Shown here: in pieces, positions 1 through 8,746 of the stretch
Numbering within the stretch: position 1 is the stretch's first letter
Layout: every line of letters starts with the position of its first letter
Source: a virus
Virus record (IMG/VR): IMGVR_UViG_3300048597_000624
Span: 21,225-85,224 of that record
Reading direction: 5' to 3' (one strand)
Length of the DNA: 64,000 bases
Made by a program: the position numbers and the translations under genes
The notes under the pieces: model-generated
The model's database searches: none
What the model saw: the letters and a program-made list of their open reading frames with translations, nothing else
What the model was told of the DNA's origin: nothing

Positions 1-222
1 TTCAAAGTCCGAAAGGGCAAAGCGGCTGCAACAAAAGAAGTTCTCGGCGGAAAGGTGTTTGCTGACTACAACAGTAAGGGCGAACTGCTGGGCGTGGAAA
101 TGCTCGGCCCCTGCGAAGTAAAGGTTCTCGACCAAATTACTGAGGTACCGCGAGAGCGACAGTTTATTTTGTCGCACACGCCGCGAGCCATGCTGCTGCC
201 AAGCGCCTCAGCTATGGCTTGA
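1..222 (+). CDS. DUF2283-like small protein, 5'-truncated
   Basis: Frame +1 reads FKVRKGKAAATKEVLGGKVFADYNSKGELLGVEMLGP..., with the DYxxxGxxxGxE pattern; stop TGA at 220-222. Confidence 0.55.
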   Translation, partial: FKVRKGKAAATKEVLGGKVFADYNSKGELLGVEMLGPCEVKVLDQITEVPRERQFILSHTPRAMLLPSASAMA

Positions 223-240
223 TGCCGATCTTGTTTCTCG

Positions 241-275
241 GCCCGTGACGTCGCGTCAGATGTCACGGGCTTTTT
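241..275 (+). terminator. Rho-independent terminator
   Basis: GCCCGTGAC...GTCACGGGC stem followed by TTTTT, between convergent genes. Confidence 0.7.
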
Positions 276-667
276 CATTCGCCAGATTCCAGATTGGAAT
301 AATGGGCCGGAAATTCCAATCTCCCTGCGGAGTGCGCCTTCTGCTGACGAAGCTCCGCGTTCGTCCTGAGTTCTGGCTCCGCCTCAAGTTCGGCATCGGT
401 GAAGCCAATAAATCGCTGATCTTCTAGAGCGAGCGGAAAGAACGTCATCCGGTCGAGTTCGGCAGGACGCTCCGTCGTCCACTGTGAGAGCAAGCCATTT
501 TCCAGCTTGGCATAGACCGGGGCGTACAAGACGTCGGGGCCTCGCTCCACGACAGTCGGAATGAAAATCCCGATCATCAGCCACGGGCCTGCGCGATGAA
601 CTTCACCCACGGAAGGCAGGTTAGCCTTAGCCGAACATGATGGACAGCCAGCGGGAGCATTTGACAT
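275..667 (-). CDS. Hypothetical protein (N-terminal CxxC)
   Basis: 130-aa ORF tightly packed with upstream minus-strand ORF. Confidence 0.5.
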   Translation of the reverse strand: MSNAPAGCPSCSAKANLPSVGEVHRAGPWLMIGIFIPTVVERGPDVLYAPVYAKLENGLLSQWTTERPAELDRMTFFPLALEDQRFIGFTDAELEAEPELRTNAELRQQKAHSAGRLEFPAHYSNLESGE

Positions 668-671
668 TCGA

Positions 672-857
672 TTATTCCTTCGCGATTTGCAGCAGCCCGT
701 TCGCCGCCATCACCATGAACCCCAATACGCACACCACCATCAACCAGAATCCCGCGCGGCGGAGCGGTACCCAAGGATCCTCACCTCGCACGGGCGGGAG
801 CGGGGCGGCCTCCCCGAACGATTCGTCGTCGTCGTAATAGTCGAATCGGCTCAACAT
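672..857 (-). CDS. Small single-TM membrane protein
   Basis: 61 aa, hydrophobic segment FWLMVVCVLGFMVMAA, SD-like GAGGGAG upstream. Confidence 0.55.
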   Translation of the reverse strand: MLSRFDYYDDDESFGEAAPLPPVRGEDPWVPLRRAGFWLMVVCVLGFMVMAANGLLQIAKE

Positions 858-958
858 GGGATGGGCTCCCTCGATGAGAAAAGGCCGCGACCGGCGGGCG
901 CTGGTGGGGCCCGGGAAGCCCCTCGGGGTAGAGATGCCGGCCGCGGCCCAGGTTCCTG

Positions 959-1339
959 TTATTCGTCACACCTTTGTTCGAGTTTCCGCTCGATCGTTCG
1001 CAATCGCTTGTGGTGGTCATTCAATCGCTGATCGTGCACTCGCACTTTTCTGATGGCCATCCGTGCTCGTTCCAGCGATTCAGTTGCCGCCCTGGACAGC
1101 TCCTCAATTCGCCGTTCGCTTTGCTCAGCCCGCTTGATTGACTCGTCGATCAGCTTCCGCAGTGCATCGAGACCTTTTTCGTTCTCCTCCGCGAGCTCCT
1201 GTAGCCGCATGAGGTGCTCATTCATCGCGTTGAATTGCTTGTAGCTCGCCCTCAACCACGCGACGAACGCGCCTCCCGTTCCGATCACCGCCGCCGCTGC
1301 CGCCGCATTCGCGGTCGCCTGCCAGTCGATCTCTAACAT
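959..1339 (-). CDS. N-terminal TM plus coiled-coil protein (holin/lysis-accessory candidate)
   Basis: One TM followed by heptad-rich helix; position at distal end of late operon. Confidence 0.6.
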   Translation of the reverse strand: MLEIDWQATANAAAAAAVIGTGGAFVAWLRASYKQFNAMNEHLMRLQELAEENEKGLDALRKLIDESIKRAEQSERRIEELSRAATESLERARMAIRKVRVHDQRLNDHHKRLRTIERKLEQRCDE

Positions 1340-1449
1340 GACGGGGGTTAGCTCCAGTCATTGGAGTCTCGTCATAGAAAATTGCCCGGCGCGATGACGT
1401 CATGCCACCGCGCCGGGCTGCCTGGGGAAAACGCAGTCAAATGGGATGA

Positions 1450-2022
1450 TTACCCACGACTCGCACTGATGGCTACCGAACCCGAGCCATTCAATCGCGC
1501 ACCTCGCCGTGCGGCAGCGGCTGCCGCTAAGGCTCGGATGGTGTTGATGACCGGACGCGGGGGACCGGTTCGGCTAATTGCCAAGCTTGCCGATCGGCCT
1601 CCGCAGCCACCACCGGAGCCGCAACCACTCGAGAAGACTTGCGGTTGAGCTTGAGTCGTCGCCGTCGCCGTCGCGCTCGAGCCCGTTTGCACCGGAGCCA
1701 ACGCCAGTACCTGGGGTTGCGTTTGTACCGTAACCTGCGGCGCTGCGCTGATGAAAAACCGTGTGGCGATCGTAGCAGGAGCGATCCCCTGCACGATGGC
1801 CTGTCCAGTTCCAGCACTCGCAAATGCGTTAGCCGTTACCGGGTTCACAGTCTGGACGGCCGCCAACGGCTGAGCCAAATTGCATTGGCCATTGGCGCAG
1901 CCAACCTGAGCAGCAGAGATGTTGGCGGAACTGATCTGGCGAGTGCCGCATTGAGCGTTCGCCTTTCCGACTGTCAGGCACAAGCAGAGTGCCGCAGCCA
2001 CGATGCACAAGAGATTTCGCAT
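1450..2022 (-). CDS. Secreted low-complexity protein
   Basis: Probable start MRNLLCIVAAALCLCL (signal peptide), Ala/Gln/Thr-rich body. Confidence 0.6.
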   Translation of the reverse strand: MRNLLCIVAAALCLCLTVGKANAQCGTRQISSANISAAQVGCANGQCNLAQPLAAVQTVNPVTANAFASAGTGQAIVQGIAPATIATRFFISAAPQVTVQTQPQVLALAPVQTGSSATATATTQAQPQVFSSGCGSGGGCGGRSASLAISRTGPPRPVINTIRALAAAAAARRGARLNGSGSVAISASRG

Positions 2023-2048
2023 GATTCTCACCTTTCGTTGGAGTCTGG

Positions 2049-2888
2049 TTATTGCATCGGGACAGCGCTCGACTCCAAGAGCGCCGCCGTATTGTTCAAA
2101 AAGTTCGACCACGTCTCAGGAGACCCGAGAACCCCAGCCATTTGCGCGGGCGTTGCCACCTCCTTAAGCCGCACAAAGAACGACGACCATCGCGCAAATG
2201 GTTTCGGACCAATGGCGATTTCGCATGCCCTTTCGAGTTCGATAAACGGATCGGCTTCGAGCGGGACTTGTCCGCTGGCAATGAGGTTCGCGAGTTCTCG
2301 AAACGATCCGGCCAAGGCCTGACCCTCCCCGCCCTTGTTGGAGCTTTGCACTTCAGCGATCGACTTGAGTAAGAACTCATCGACGTTGAACTGCTGTGGT
2401 GGGCCAACGAAATCTTGAGCGGTGACGTCGGGCTTGGGTGCTTCGACAATGACAAATTCCCACACGTGCTGCGCTACCAAACCGCCGTTGCCCGCGACAC
2501 TCACGTGCAGTTGATAAATCCCCGGCTGGCCAGCAAAGTTCGCGACTCGCCCGTCCGGCGAAACGTCAAGCCCATTGACCTGCGGCAGTACGCTCCAGGC
2601 GAAGCTCGTTACCGTACCGGTAGTTTCAGCAATGAAGTAAAGCTTGTTGCCAACAATGCCATCTGCCGGGCCTTTTAGGCGAACAGACAGTGGCGACTGC
2701 GATTCATTGACCACCCGCACGATCTGACTTTGCTCTGGCACGTGCAAGGTAGGCGGAGAGACGGGCAGCGGCTCAACCTCAACAGCCACTGCGGAGCGAG
2801 GCATATCATCAACTGATTGACCGTCTAACGAGCCAGCGCCAAGCAGGACGGCTGCTGCTAAGGCTGAAATGGTTTGATGCATGGTCAT
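2049..2888 (-). CDS. Exported protein with PKD/Ig-like beta domain
   Basis: Signal-like N-terminus; FAWSV...PGIYQLHVSV pattern; start overlaps upstream stop. Confidence 0.6.
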   Translation of the reverse strand: MTMHQTISALAAAVLLGAGSLDGQSVDDMPRSAVAVEVEPLPVSPPTLHVPEQSQIVRVVNESQSPLSVRLKGPADGIVGNKLYFIAETTGTVTSFAWSVLPQVNGLDVSPDGRVANFAGQPGIYQLHVSVAGNGGLVAQHVWEFVIVEAPKPDVTAQDFVGPPQQFNVDEFLLKSIAEVQSSNKGGEGQALAGSFRELANLIASGQVPLEADPFIELERACEIAIGPKPFARWSSFFVRLKEVATPAQMAGVLGSPETWSNFLNNTAALLESSAVPMQ

Positions 2889-3889
2889 CGTGGCAATCCC
2901 GGAGCCGTGATGCGTGGGTAAGTTGGTGAGGACAATCCTTCACGAAGGAAGGCTTCAAGCTGGGCCTGTTCCTCATCATCCAGGCCGAGCAGTCCAATGC
3001 GGGGATCTTGGTTTCGATCGACGCGCCCCCCGATCGACCATCCCGCGTTGTATCCATCAATTACTGCTGCCAGATCGAGAATCGTTCCCGCGTGCATGTA
3101 AGGAGGTGTTCGGCTAATTTCGCGTAGTGTCGGTGTTTTTGCCGCTCGAATGTCTGCTGCCGTTGCTTGGCCTCGGAGAAATCCGCCGCGAAGGCGATCG
3201 CCGGTGTTCGAGAAGAATGCAATGCCCGTGTTGTGAAATTTGCCGTCGGTCATAAGCGGGTAGGTGTGGCACTCATTGCACTTGAGCGTGATGCCAGCAC
3301 GGTTGGGACGCAGGCCCATGAACAGCTGGAAGCCTGCCTCCGCCTGGGAGCTTAAGGCTCGCGTGTAGCCTGCCATGCGTTTGTCGACCGGGGCGTCGAA
3401 CGAGAGTACCGAGTTTTCAAAGCTGGCGATGGCATGACCAAGACGGGCGGCATTGCACGGCTGGCCATAGGCCGCCAGGAACAAAGATCGATAGCCGCGG
3501 ATCGAGTTGACCCGGTTCACCACCTGCTGCACTGAGCCGTTGGCCATTTCGACGGGATTGACCAAGGGGCCAAGAGATTGCTGCGCGTGGCCGAGCGTGT
3601 TTCCGTCCCAGAATTGATTGGGAAGGTAGGTCGCTCCGATCACTGTGGGGGCATTGCGGGTGCCGCGCAGGCCGCGTACGCCGATGGATACGCTCTGCGG
3701 TTCCGCAAAGCCATGGTCCGCGCGATGGCAGGTGGCGCAACTAACCGTGCCGTCGATTGAGAGGCGCGGGTCGTAAAACAGCTTGCGCCCCAATTCCACG
3801 CGCTCGGGGGTGACGGCGACGTTCAGCGGGGCGCCGGGCGTTGGCGGCTGAGCGAGAGCCAGTGCCAGGAATGCGGCGAAGAAATTCAT
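2885..3889 (-). CDS. Di-heme cytochrome c peroxidase (CcpA/MauG family)
   Basis: Signal peptide, LGRKLFYDPRLS, two CxxCH heme motifs (CATCH, CNECH), RNAPTV, QFWDG, KTPTLR..TPPYMH. Confidence 0.92.
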   Translation of the reverse strand: MNFFAAFLALALAQPPTPGAPLNVAVTPERVELGRKLFYDPRLSIDGTVSCATCHRADHGFAEPQSVSIGVRGLRGTRNAPTVIGATYLPNQFWDGNTLGHAQQSLGPLVNPVEMANGSVQQVVNRVNSIRGYRSLFLAAYGQPCNAARLGHAIASFENSVLSFDAPVDKRMAGYTRALSSQAEAGFQLFMGLRPNRAGITLKCNECHTYPLMTDGKFHNTGIAFFSNTGDRLRGGFLRGQATAADIRAAKTPTLREISRTPPYMHAGTILDLAAVIDGYNAGWSIGGRVDRNQDPRIGLLGLDDEEQAQLEAFLREGLSSPTYPRITAPGLPR

Positions 3890-4650
3890 GCGGATGGCTC
3901 CGGATCGTCGCGACGCAAGACCTTCCAGTCGCGAGACTCATCCAAAACCCCCTGCACAATTGGCAGCAGCGAGCTGCCAGGCCGGGACATTGATATCAGT
4001 AGGTTGAGGATTCTGCCTTTTAACTCGTCGTCTTGAATCCAACGACCGGTGGTGTCTCGCGGCATCGGCACCGCTCGCGGCACTACTGCCGGACCTTCGT
4101 CATCCGGCGCGGGCGGTAAGTTGCCCCCCTCTTCCGCGTCGCAGATGAACAAATGCGGAAACGCACTGTAGAGCACAAACACCATCACACCAGGCTTGAG
4201 CCGCCGCAGGTCGCTGCAGAACTGATCCACGTCCTCAATCGCGTCGTGCTCGAATGAATATCGAAGCTCTTCAATCTCCACGTCTGTCACTTGACCAACA
4301 AACCGTTGATTGGCATCGCTAAAGATCGCGCGATACCAGACCACCACGCGGCCGCATTCACTGGTTCCGATGCGAAGCTCCGCTTCTGGCTGCACTCGGC
4401 CGCGATGCTCATCGACAACGACGGTTGACTCTTCTTGTAACCAAGCCAACAGACGTTCCGCTGGCGACAGGATCTCACGTTGTTGCGGCGTATAGGTGCT
4501 CTCATCCGTCGCGACAGGCTGAGCAGCGCGGCCGGCAATTGCCGGAGAGGTCGAGAGATCCCAAGCGGCGACAGTCAGACTCACGACCAATAACGTTAGA
4601 CCAACGCCCACTTTCCACCTGCTGCTTAAAAACTCGGGCACGATTTTCAC
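3886..4650 (-). CDS. Hypothetical membrane-anchored protein
   Basis: Probable GTG start at 4650 after AAGGAG; N-terminal TM segment. Confidence 0.55.
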   Translation of the reverse strand: MKIVPEFLSSRWKVGVGLTLLVVSLTVAAWDLSTSPAIAGRAAQPVATDESTYTPQQREILSPAERLLAWLQEESTVVVDEHRGRVQPEAELRIGTSECGRVVVWYRAIFSDANQRFVGQVTDVEIEELRYSFEHDAIEDVDQFCSDLRRLKPGVMVFVLYSAFPHLFICDAEEGGNLPPAPDDEGPAVVPRAVPMPRDTTGRWIQDDELKGRILNLLISMSRPGSSLLPIVQGVLDESRDWKVLRRDDPEPSA

Positions 4651-4679
4651 TGCTTCACTCCTTTGTGAGTCATCAACAA

Positions 4680-5762
4680 TCAAAAATTGAAAGCCAGGTC
4701 GAACTGCCCGGCCGGCGAGTAAATCTTGATGGGCCCCAATTCCAGCAGCAGCGCGACGTCGCCAGGGTCCGCGGCGCCACCGTCCGGAGCTTCCGGCGGA
4801 ACAACCGAAGCCAGTAGCTTGTCGACCTTGAGCAATCCGCGGCCAACCGCGCGACCGTCGTTGGGGTCGACAATGTCGATCGCCCCGTCGTCCAGGTGCT
4901 TGCGGAGCTCGTCCATCGTCCGCAGCGGAGTGATTCCCCCGCCGAGCCGCTTGTGTCGATCGAGCAGCAGCGCGGTGCAGCCGGCGACCATCGGGCAAGC
5001 CATGCTCGTCCCGCTGATCGTTGCATGCCCGCCATTGAGCCAGAGCGATGTGACGTTCGTGCCTGGGCCGGCGATGTCGACTTCCGGTCCGCGCGACGAG
5101 TAAGGCGCGGGCTGTCCGTCCTCGCCATAGGCCGCGACCGCGATCGTGTCGAGATTCGGGTGTCCCACAGGCTGGTGGTAGCGTGCCGGGAAGTTCACGT
5201 CGTAATCCCGGCCGGTATTTCCCGCCGCGCAGATGACGAAGACTCCTCGCGAGACGGCATATTCGATGGCTGCCGCAATCTCCGGATCTGGGTATGGAGA
5301 ACCAAAGCTTGCGCTAATGACGTGAGCGCCTTGCGCCACCGCCCAATAAATGGCCGCAGCGATCCAGCGATTCTGTCCGGTCCCTCGATGGAGCACCTTG
5401 CCGATCAACAATTCGCACTCGGGAGCGAACCCGATAATTGGGCCTTTGTCTTGTCGAGCCCCAACGATGCCCGCGCAGTGCGTGCCGTGGCCGTCCTGAT
5501 GATCGTCCCAGAACTCGTCGGAATCGCCATAGGGCGTGAAGTTGCGGCCCGCAAGGATCGCATCAAACAGATCCCCTTCGTTCGCGTGGATTCGATCAAC
5601 CCCCGTGTCGAGCACCGCGACCCGGATGCCTGCCCCGGTCGCTCGCGCGAGCGCATCCGGTAAGCCGGCCTGCCCCCAGTCCAAGCGGTCCTTGAGCTCA
5701 TTGGCCAAGAACACCGTTTGGACTTCGTACGGCGGCAGGTGGCTTTCGCGGCGATTCGACAT
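4680..5762 (-). CDS. Subtilisin-like serine protease (peptidase S8)
   Basis: Catalytic triad motifs VLDTG, HGTHCAG, SGTSMACP and oxyanion AAGN. Confidence 0.95.
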   Translation of the reverse strand: MSNRRESHLPPYEVQTVFLANELKDRLDWGQAGLPDALARATGAGIRVAVLDTGVDRIHANEGDLFDAILAGRNFTPYGDSDEFWDDHQDGHGTHCAGIVGARQDKGPIIGFAPECELLIGKVLHRGTGQNRWIAAAIYWAVAQGAHVISASFGSPYPDPEIAAAIEYAVSRGVFVICAAGNTGRDYDVNFPARYHQPVGHPNLDTIAVAAYGEDGQPAPYSSRGPEVDIAGPGTNVTSLWLNGGHATISGTSMACPMVAGCTALLLDRHKRLGGGITPLRTMDELRKHLDDGAIDIVDPNDGRAVGRGLLKVDKLLASVVPPEAPDGGAADPGDVALLLELGPIKIYSPAGQFDLAFNF

Positions 5763-5816
5763 GGGATTGACCTTTGGAACGAACGGATGAACACACCAAC
5801 TGACGTTGGCAGGCGG

Positions 5817-6221
5817 TTAGGCCGTGGCGGGCGGGGCGGGGAGCGCACCGCGAATCGCAGCGATCAACTGCATCACGAGCTTGATGATTGCAATGATCCC
5901 TGCGAGGTCGCTTGCCGAAGACTCACCGGCGAAAGCTTCGTCGATGCAGGCATATTGCTCATCGAGACTCAGCGGAACGGCATCGGACGCGACCGAGAAG
6001 TCCAGGGAAATTCCGAACAGCGCGAGAAGTTCCTTGACGAGAGCGCCGATCTTTTGCACGTTCTCGGAGTTGATGAGTTCCAGCAATTTGCGGAGTCGCG
6101 AGCCGTCGGCACTGCGCAATAACTCGGCAAGTCTGCGAGCCAGTTCGATCAATCGAACTCGGTCGCCGACGGCGGCAGCGTAGGCCATCAAATTGAGCAG
6201 CGCGGCAGATTGAGCCGTCAT
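5817..6221 (-). CDS. Hypothetical helical/membrane protein
   Basis: 134-aa ORF with C-terminal hydrophobic helix, in operon orientation. Confidence 0.6.
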   Translation of the reverse strand: MTAQSAALLNLMAYAAAVGDRVRLIELARRLAELLRSADGSRLRKLLELINSENVQKIGALVKELLALFGISLDFSVASDAVPLSLDEQYACIDEAFAGESSASDLAGIIAIIKLVMQLIAAIRGALPAPPATA

Positions 6222-6269
6222 AGAAGCACCCTTTGCAAGGAGTGAAAGAAAGAATCCCGGTCCCGGAAG

Positions 6270-6345
6270 TAGCAGGGGCTGGATTCGAACCAGCGATCTC
6301 AGGGTTATGGGCCCTACGAGGACGGCCAGACTCCTCTACCCTGCA
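6270..6345 (-). tRNA. tRNA-fMet (initiator, CAT)
   Basis: Cloverleaf TGCAGGG TA GAGG..CCTC G TAGGG CCCATAA CCCTG AGATC GCTGG TTCGAAT CCAGC CCCTGCT A; 1:72 mismatch, A11:U24, three G-C pairs in anticodon stem; CCA not encoded. Confidence 0.9.
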
Positions 6346-6392
6346 CGGGCATACTGCCAGCAAGGTCGGCGCGCGTAAAATGACCAGACATT

Positions 6393-6650
6393 TCAAGCGC
6401 TGGTCGTGCTAGCGTCTTGAGCGGAAATAAAATCGGAGAGCTGCCGCACCAGGTGAGCCGGAATGCGGTCGAAATGCCGCTTCACGCCATCCGCGATCGC
6501 GTCAGCATCAGGACGATCTTGACACTCTGGGCAACGCCGAGCGCGGACGTCGAACCCCTGCATCGGTACTTTCTCTCCGCAGCCGGTGCAAATCCAACGA
6601 TGCTCGCGGTGCTTTTTCCCTGCACGCTCAGCCATCAGTCTCGAACCCAT
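6393..6650 (-). CDS. Zinc-ribbon protein
   Basis: CTGC...CPEC. Confidence 0.55.
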   Translation of the reverse strand: MGSRLMAERAGKKHREHRWICTGCGEKVPMQGFDVRARRCPECQDRPDADAIADGVKRHFDRIPAHLVRQLSDFISAQDASTTSA

Positions 6651-8071
6651 TCCCCGGTGCCATCCGCATGGGTCACGCGCGATACGCGAAAGCTACCGCA
6701 ATCCACGGTGGTCACCAAGGGCCAACCATGAACCTGCCTCGCTGGCACGAGCGGTTCGCCAACAATTCCTTCACAAGTGTCGTCCACTTCCTGCAGTAAC
6801 TTGGACAATGTGTCGAGCGTCGACGGTCGCGGTACTCCCTTGTCGACCGACAGTACGGGCGAATGGGAACCGCAGAGCAGAATCGCATGCCGCGCGTGCT
6901 CGCAGCCCTCGTCCGTCCAACTCCACTGATTGAGCGCCGCCGAGTCTTGGAACCAAGCTTTGCAGCCGCCCAGACGCAAACCCTTGCCGCGGCGACGATC
7001 AACCGCCACCGCGCCCCGCATGCACTCCAAATCGGCTGGCGTGTAAATCTTGACCGAACTGTACCCGCCCAGCGTGGCGCCCGTGCCGAAGGATTGCTTC
7101 ATTCGCGTGATGCGGTACAAGTCACCCGCTTGCATCCAGGCGTTGGCGGATCCGCCGACGGCGCCGGGAAACGCTTCGACCATGGCTTGATGCAAAAGCG
7201 ACTGGCACTCCTGGATGACCCGCTCTTTCATCACGTGATTCCACCGCCAGTAGCGAGGATCAGCGTCGTTCCACCGCATGACGGTCGCCAGGTCGGACTT
7301 GTCGAGTTGCATCCGCTCCTGAATCGGCAGCCAGCGCGGATCATCGAACACCACTTGCTGGATCCACTCCGATCCCTTCTGCCGGCACTCGTGAAGATTC
7401 CAAGCCTTAAACTCCCAGTCGATGTCGAACACCGTGGGGTAGGGGGTCCAGCGGGCGAGCTTGTTCAGCCGCGATCGCCAGCGAATGGGCATTTCTGAGA
7501 GCCAGCGCGGGTTGGGCCAGACGCCAAACTCGGGGGCAGCCATCGGCAGGTCCGCCGCAATGTGGAGGGAGCCGGTTGCGAGTTGATAGGCCCGGGCCTC
7601 AAGCGGTCGTCCTGCGAACAAATCAGCCGTTTCCTCCGGAGTGAGTCGTTTTAACCAGCCCGCGCGAGCGTTGCCGATCGAGGTTTCATCCCAGCCCAGG
7701 TTGATCGCCTGGACGAGATTGGGGTATTCGCCTTCCTTCACGGCACCATGGACGTGGCAAAGGCGGCGGCGCGCGACCGGCGCTGGACCATCGGCCCGCA
7801 ACAGTCGATCGAGGATCGATCCGGGCAGACGCGCGACCATCATGTTCGCACTGTCGAGCACCTTATCGTAAATCTGGTCGGCCGAAACGTCCTTGCCGAA
7901 GACGTCGCGGTCGGCGAGCAATTGCAGGAATCCCGCCGCGCGAAGGTTGTCCGGCCAGGTGAACGACTCAGGGACGCCCAGCCCGCGGCGAAGGTCGGCC
8001 GGCGAGAGCAGGGATAGCAGGTGGTCGAAAATGTGGCCGAGACTAATGGATGAAGCGGCGGAGGTGGTCAT
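6635..8071 (-). CDS. Hypothetical protein (Trp-rich, possibly carbohydrate-active)
   Basis: 478-aa ORF in operon; no confident motif. Confidence 0.7.
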   Translation of the reverse strand: MTTSAASSISLGHIFDHLLSLLSPADLRRGLGVPESFTWPDNLRAAGFLQLLADRDVFGKDVSADQIYDKVLDSANMMVARLPGSILDRLLRADGPAPVARRRLCHVHGAVKEGEYPNLVQAINLGWDETSIGNARAGWLKRLTPEETADLFAGRPLEARAYQLATGSLHIAADLPMAAPEFGVWPNPRWLSEMPIRWRSRLNKLARWTPYPTVFDIDWEFKAWNLHECRQKGSEWIQQVVFDDPRWLPIQERMQLDKSDLATVMRWNDADPRYWRWNHVMKERVIQECQSLLHQAMVEAFPGAVGGSANAWMQAGDLYRITRMKQSFGTGATLGGYSSVKIYTPADLECMRGAVAVDRRRGKGLRLGGCKAWFQDSAALNQWSWTDEGCEHARHAILLCGSHSPVLSVDKGVPRPSTLDTLSKLLQEVDDTCEGIVGEPLVPARQVHGWPLVTTVDCGSFRVSRVTHADGTGEWVRD

Positions 8072-8089
8072 TGCATGCCCTTTCGCTGT

Positions 8090-8746
8090 TTATGACTTGC
8101 CATTAAACGCCAGCAACCAGTCCCAGTCGTGCTTGGCGAAATGTTCGCGGTAAATGCTGTCTTCGCGCAACGCAGTGTCGTCTAACGAAACGAACCCCGC
8201 CGCGCCAAACTGTTCCCGCCACCACTCGAGCGGCTTGATGCAAATATGCGTGGGATCCTCGCCAGGCGTGCCGGGCGTTCTCCCTTGGCGTCCAAACGAG
8301 TCCGCGGTGTCGAGCGCGACAAAGATCAACCCGCCGGGCCGAAGCGCCCGTCGCAGTTCGCGCAAAATGAACGGCACCAATTCGGGCTTCCAATGCTCGG
8401 CGACTTGTGCGGAATGAATCGCGTCGAACTCGTCATCGCCGAACAAGTGCAGGTTGACCGCATCGCAGATTTCCCAGCGCTGATACGGCCATTGCTTGCG
8501 GGCGATGCCGATCGTGTGTTCGTTCAGATCGATCCCGGTGCAAGTCATCGCGCCCGCATCCATGATTCCGTGCGCGATCGCGCCGCAGGCGCAGCCCACG
8601 TCGAGCACTCGTCTCCCCGAAAGGCCAAGCGAACCGACCCACCAGCGACCGTACAGCTTCTGCCAGTCGGAGTAATTCGCGTAGTCGAGCCCGTTGTCTC
8701 GGTGCTGCTCGTAGTAGAGCCGGTCGTAGGCCGTGCGGGTGAGCAT
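8090..8746 (-). CDS. Class I SAM-dependent methyltransferase
   Basis: VLDVGCACG, GIDLN, FDAIHSAQVAEH, LRPGG motifs. Confidence 0.9.
   Translation of the reverse strand: MLTRTAYDRLYYEQHRDNGLDYANYSDWQKLYGRWWVGSLGLSGRRVLDVGCACGAIAHGIMDAGAMTCTGIDLNEHTIGIARKQWPYQRWEICDAVNLHLFGDDEFDAIHSAQVAEHWKPELVPFILRELRRALRPGGLIFVALDTADSFGRQGRTPGTPGEDPTHICIKPLEWWREQFGAAGFVSLDDTALREDSIYREHFAKHDWDWLLAFNGKS

Noticed and set aside
2-11. 10-nt match (TCAAAGTCCG) between the first spacer and the window start
   Set aside because: Too short to indicate targeting, and it does not extend on either side
878-962. Possible fifth attenuator copy (CAGGAACCTG-GGCCGCG...CGCGGCC-TTTT)
   Set aside because: Lacks the GGGT arm and the AACAA loop; treated as a probable plain terminator-like hairpin
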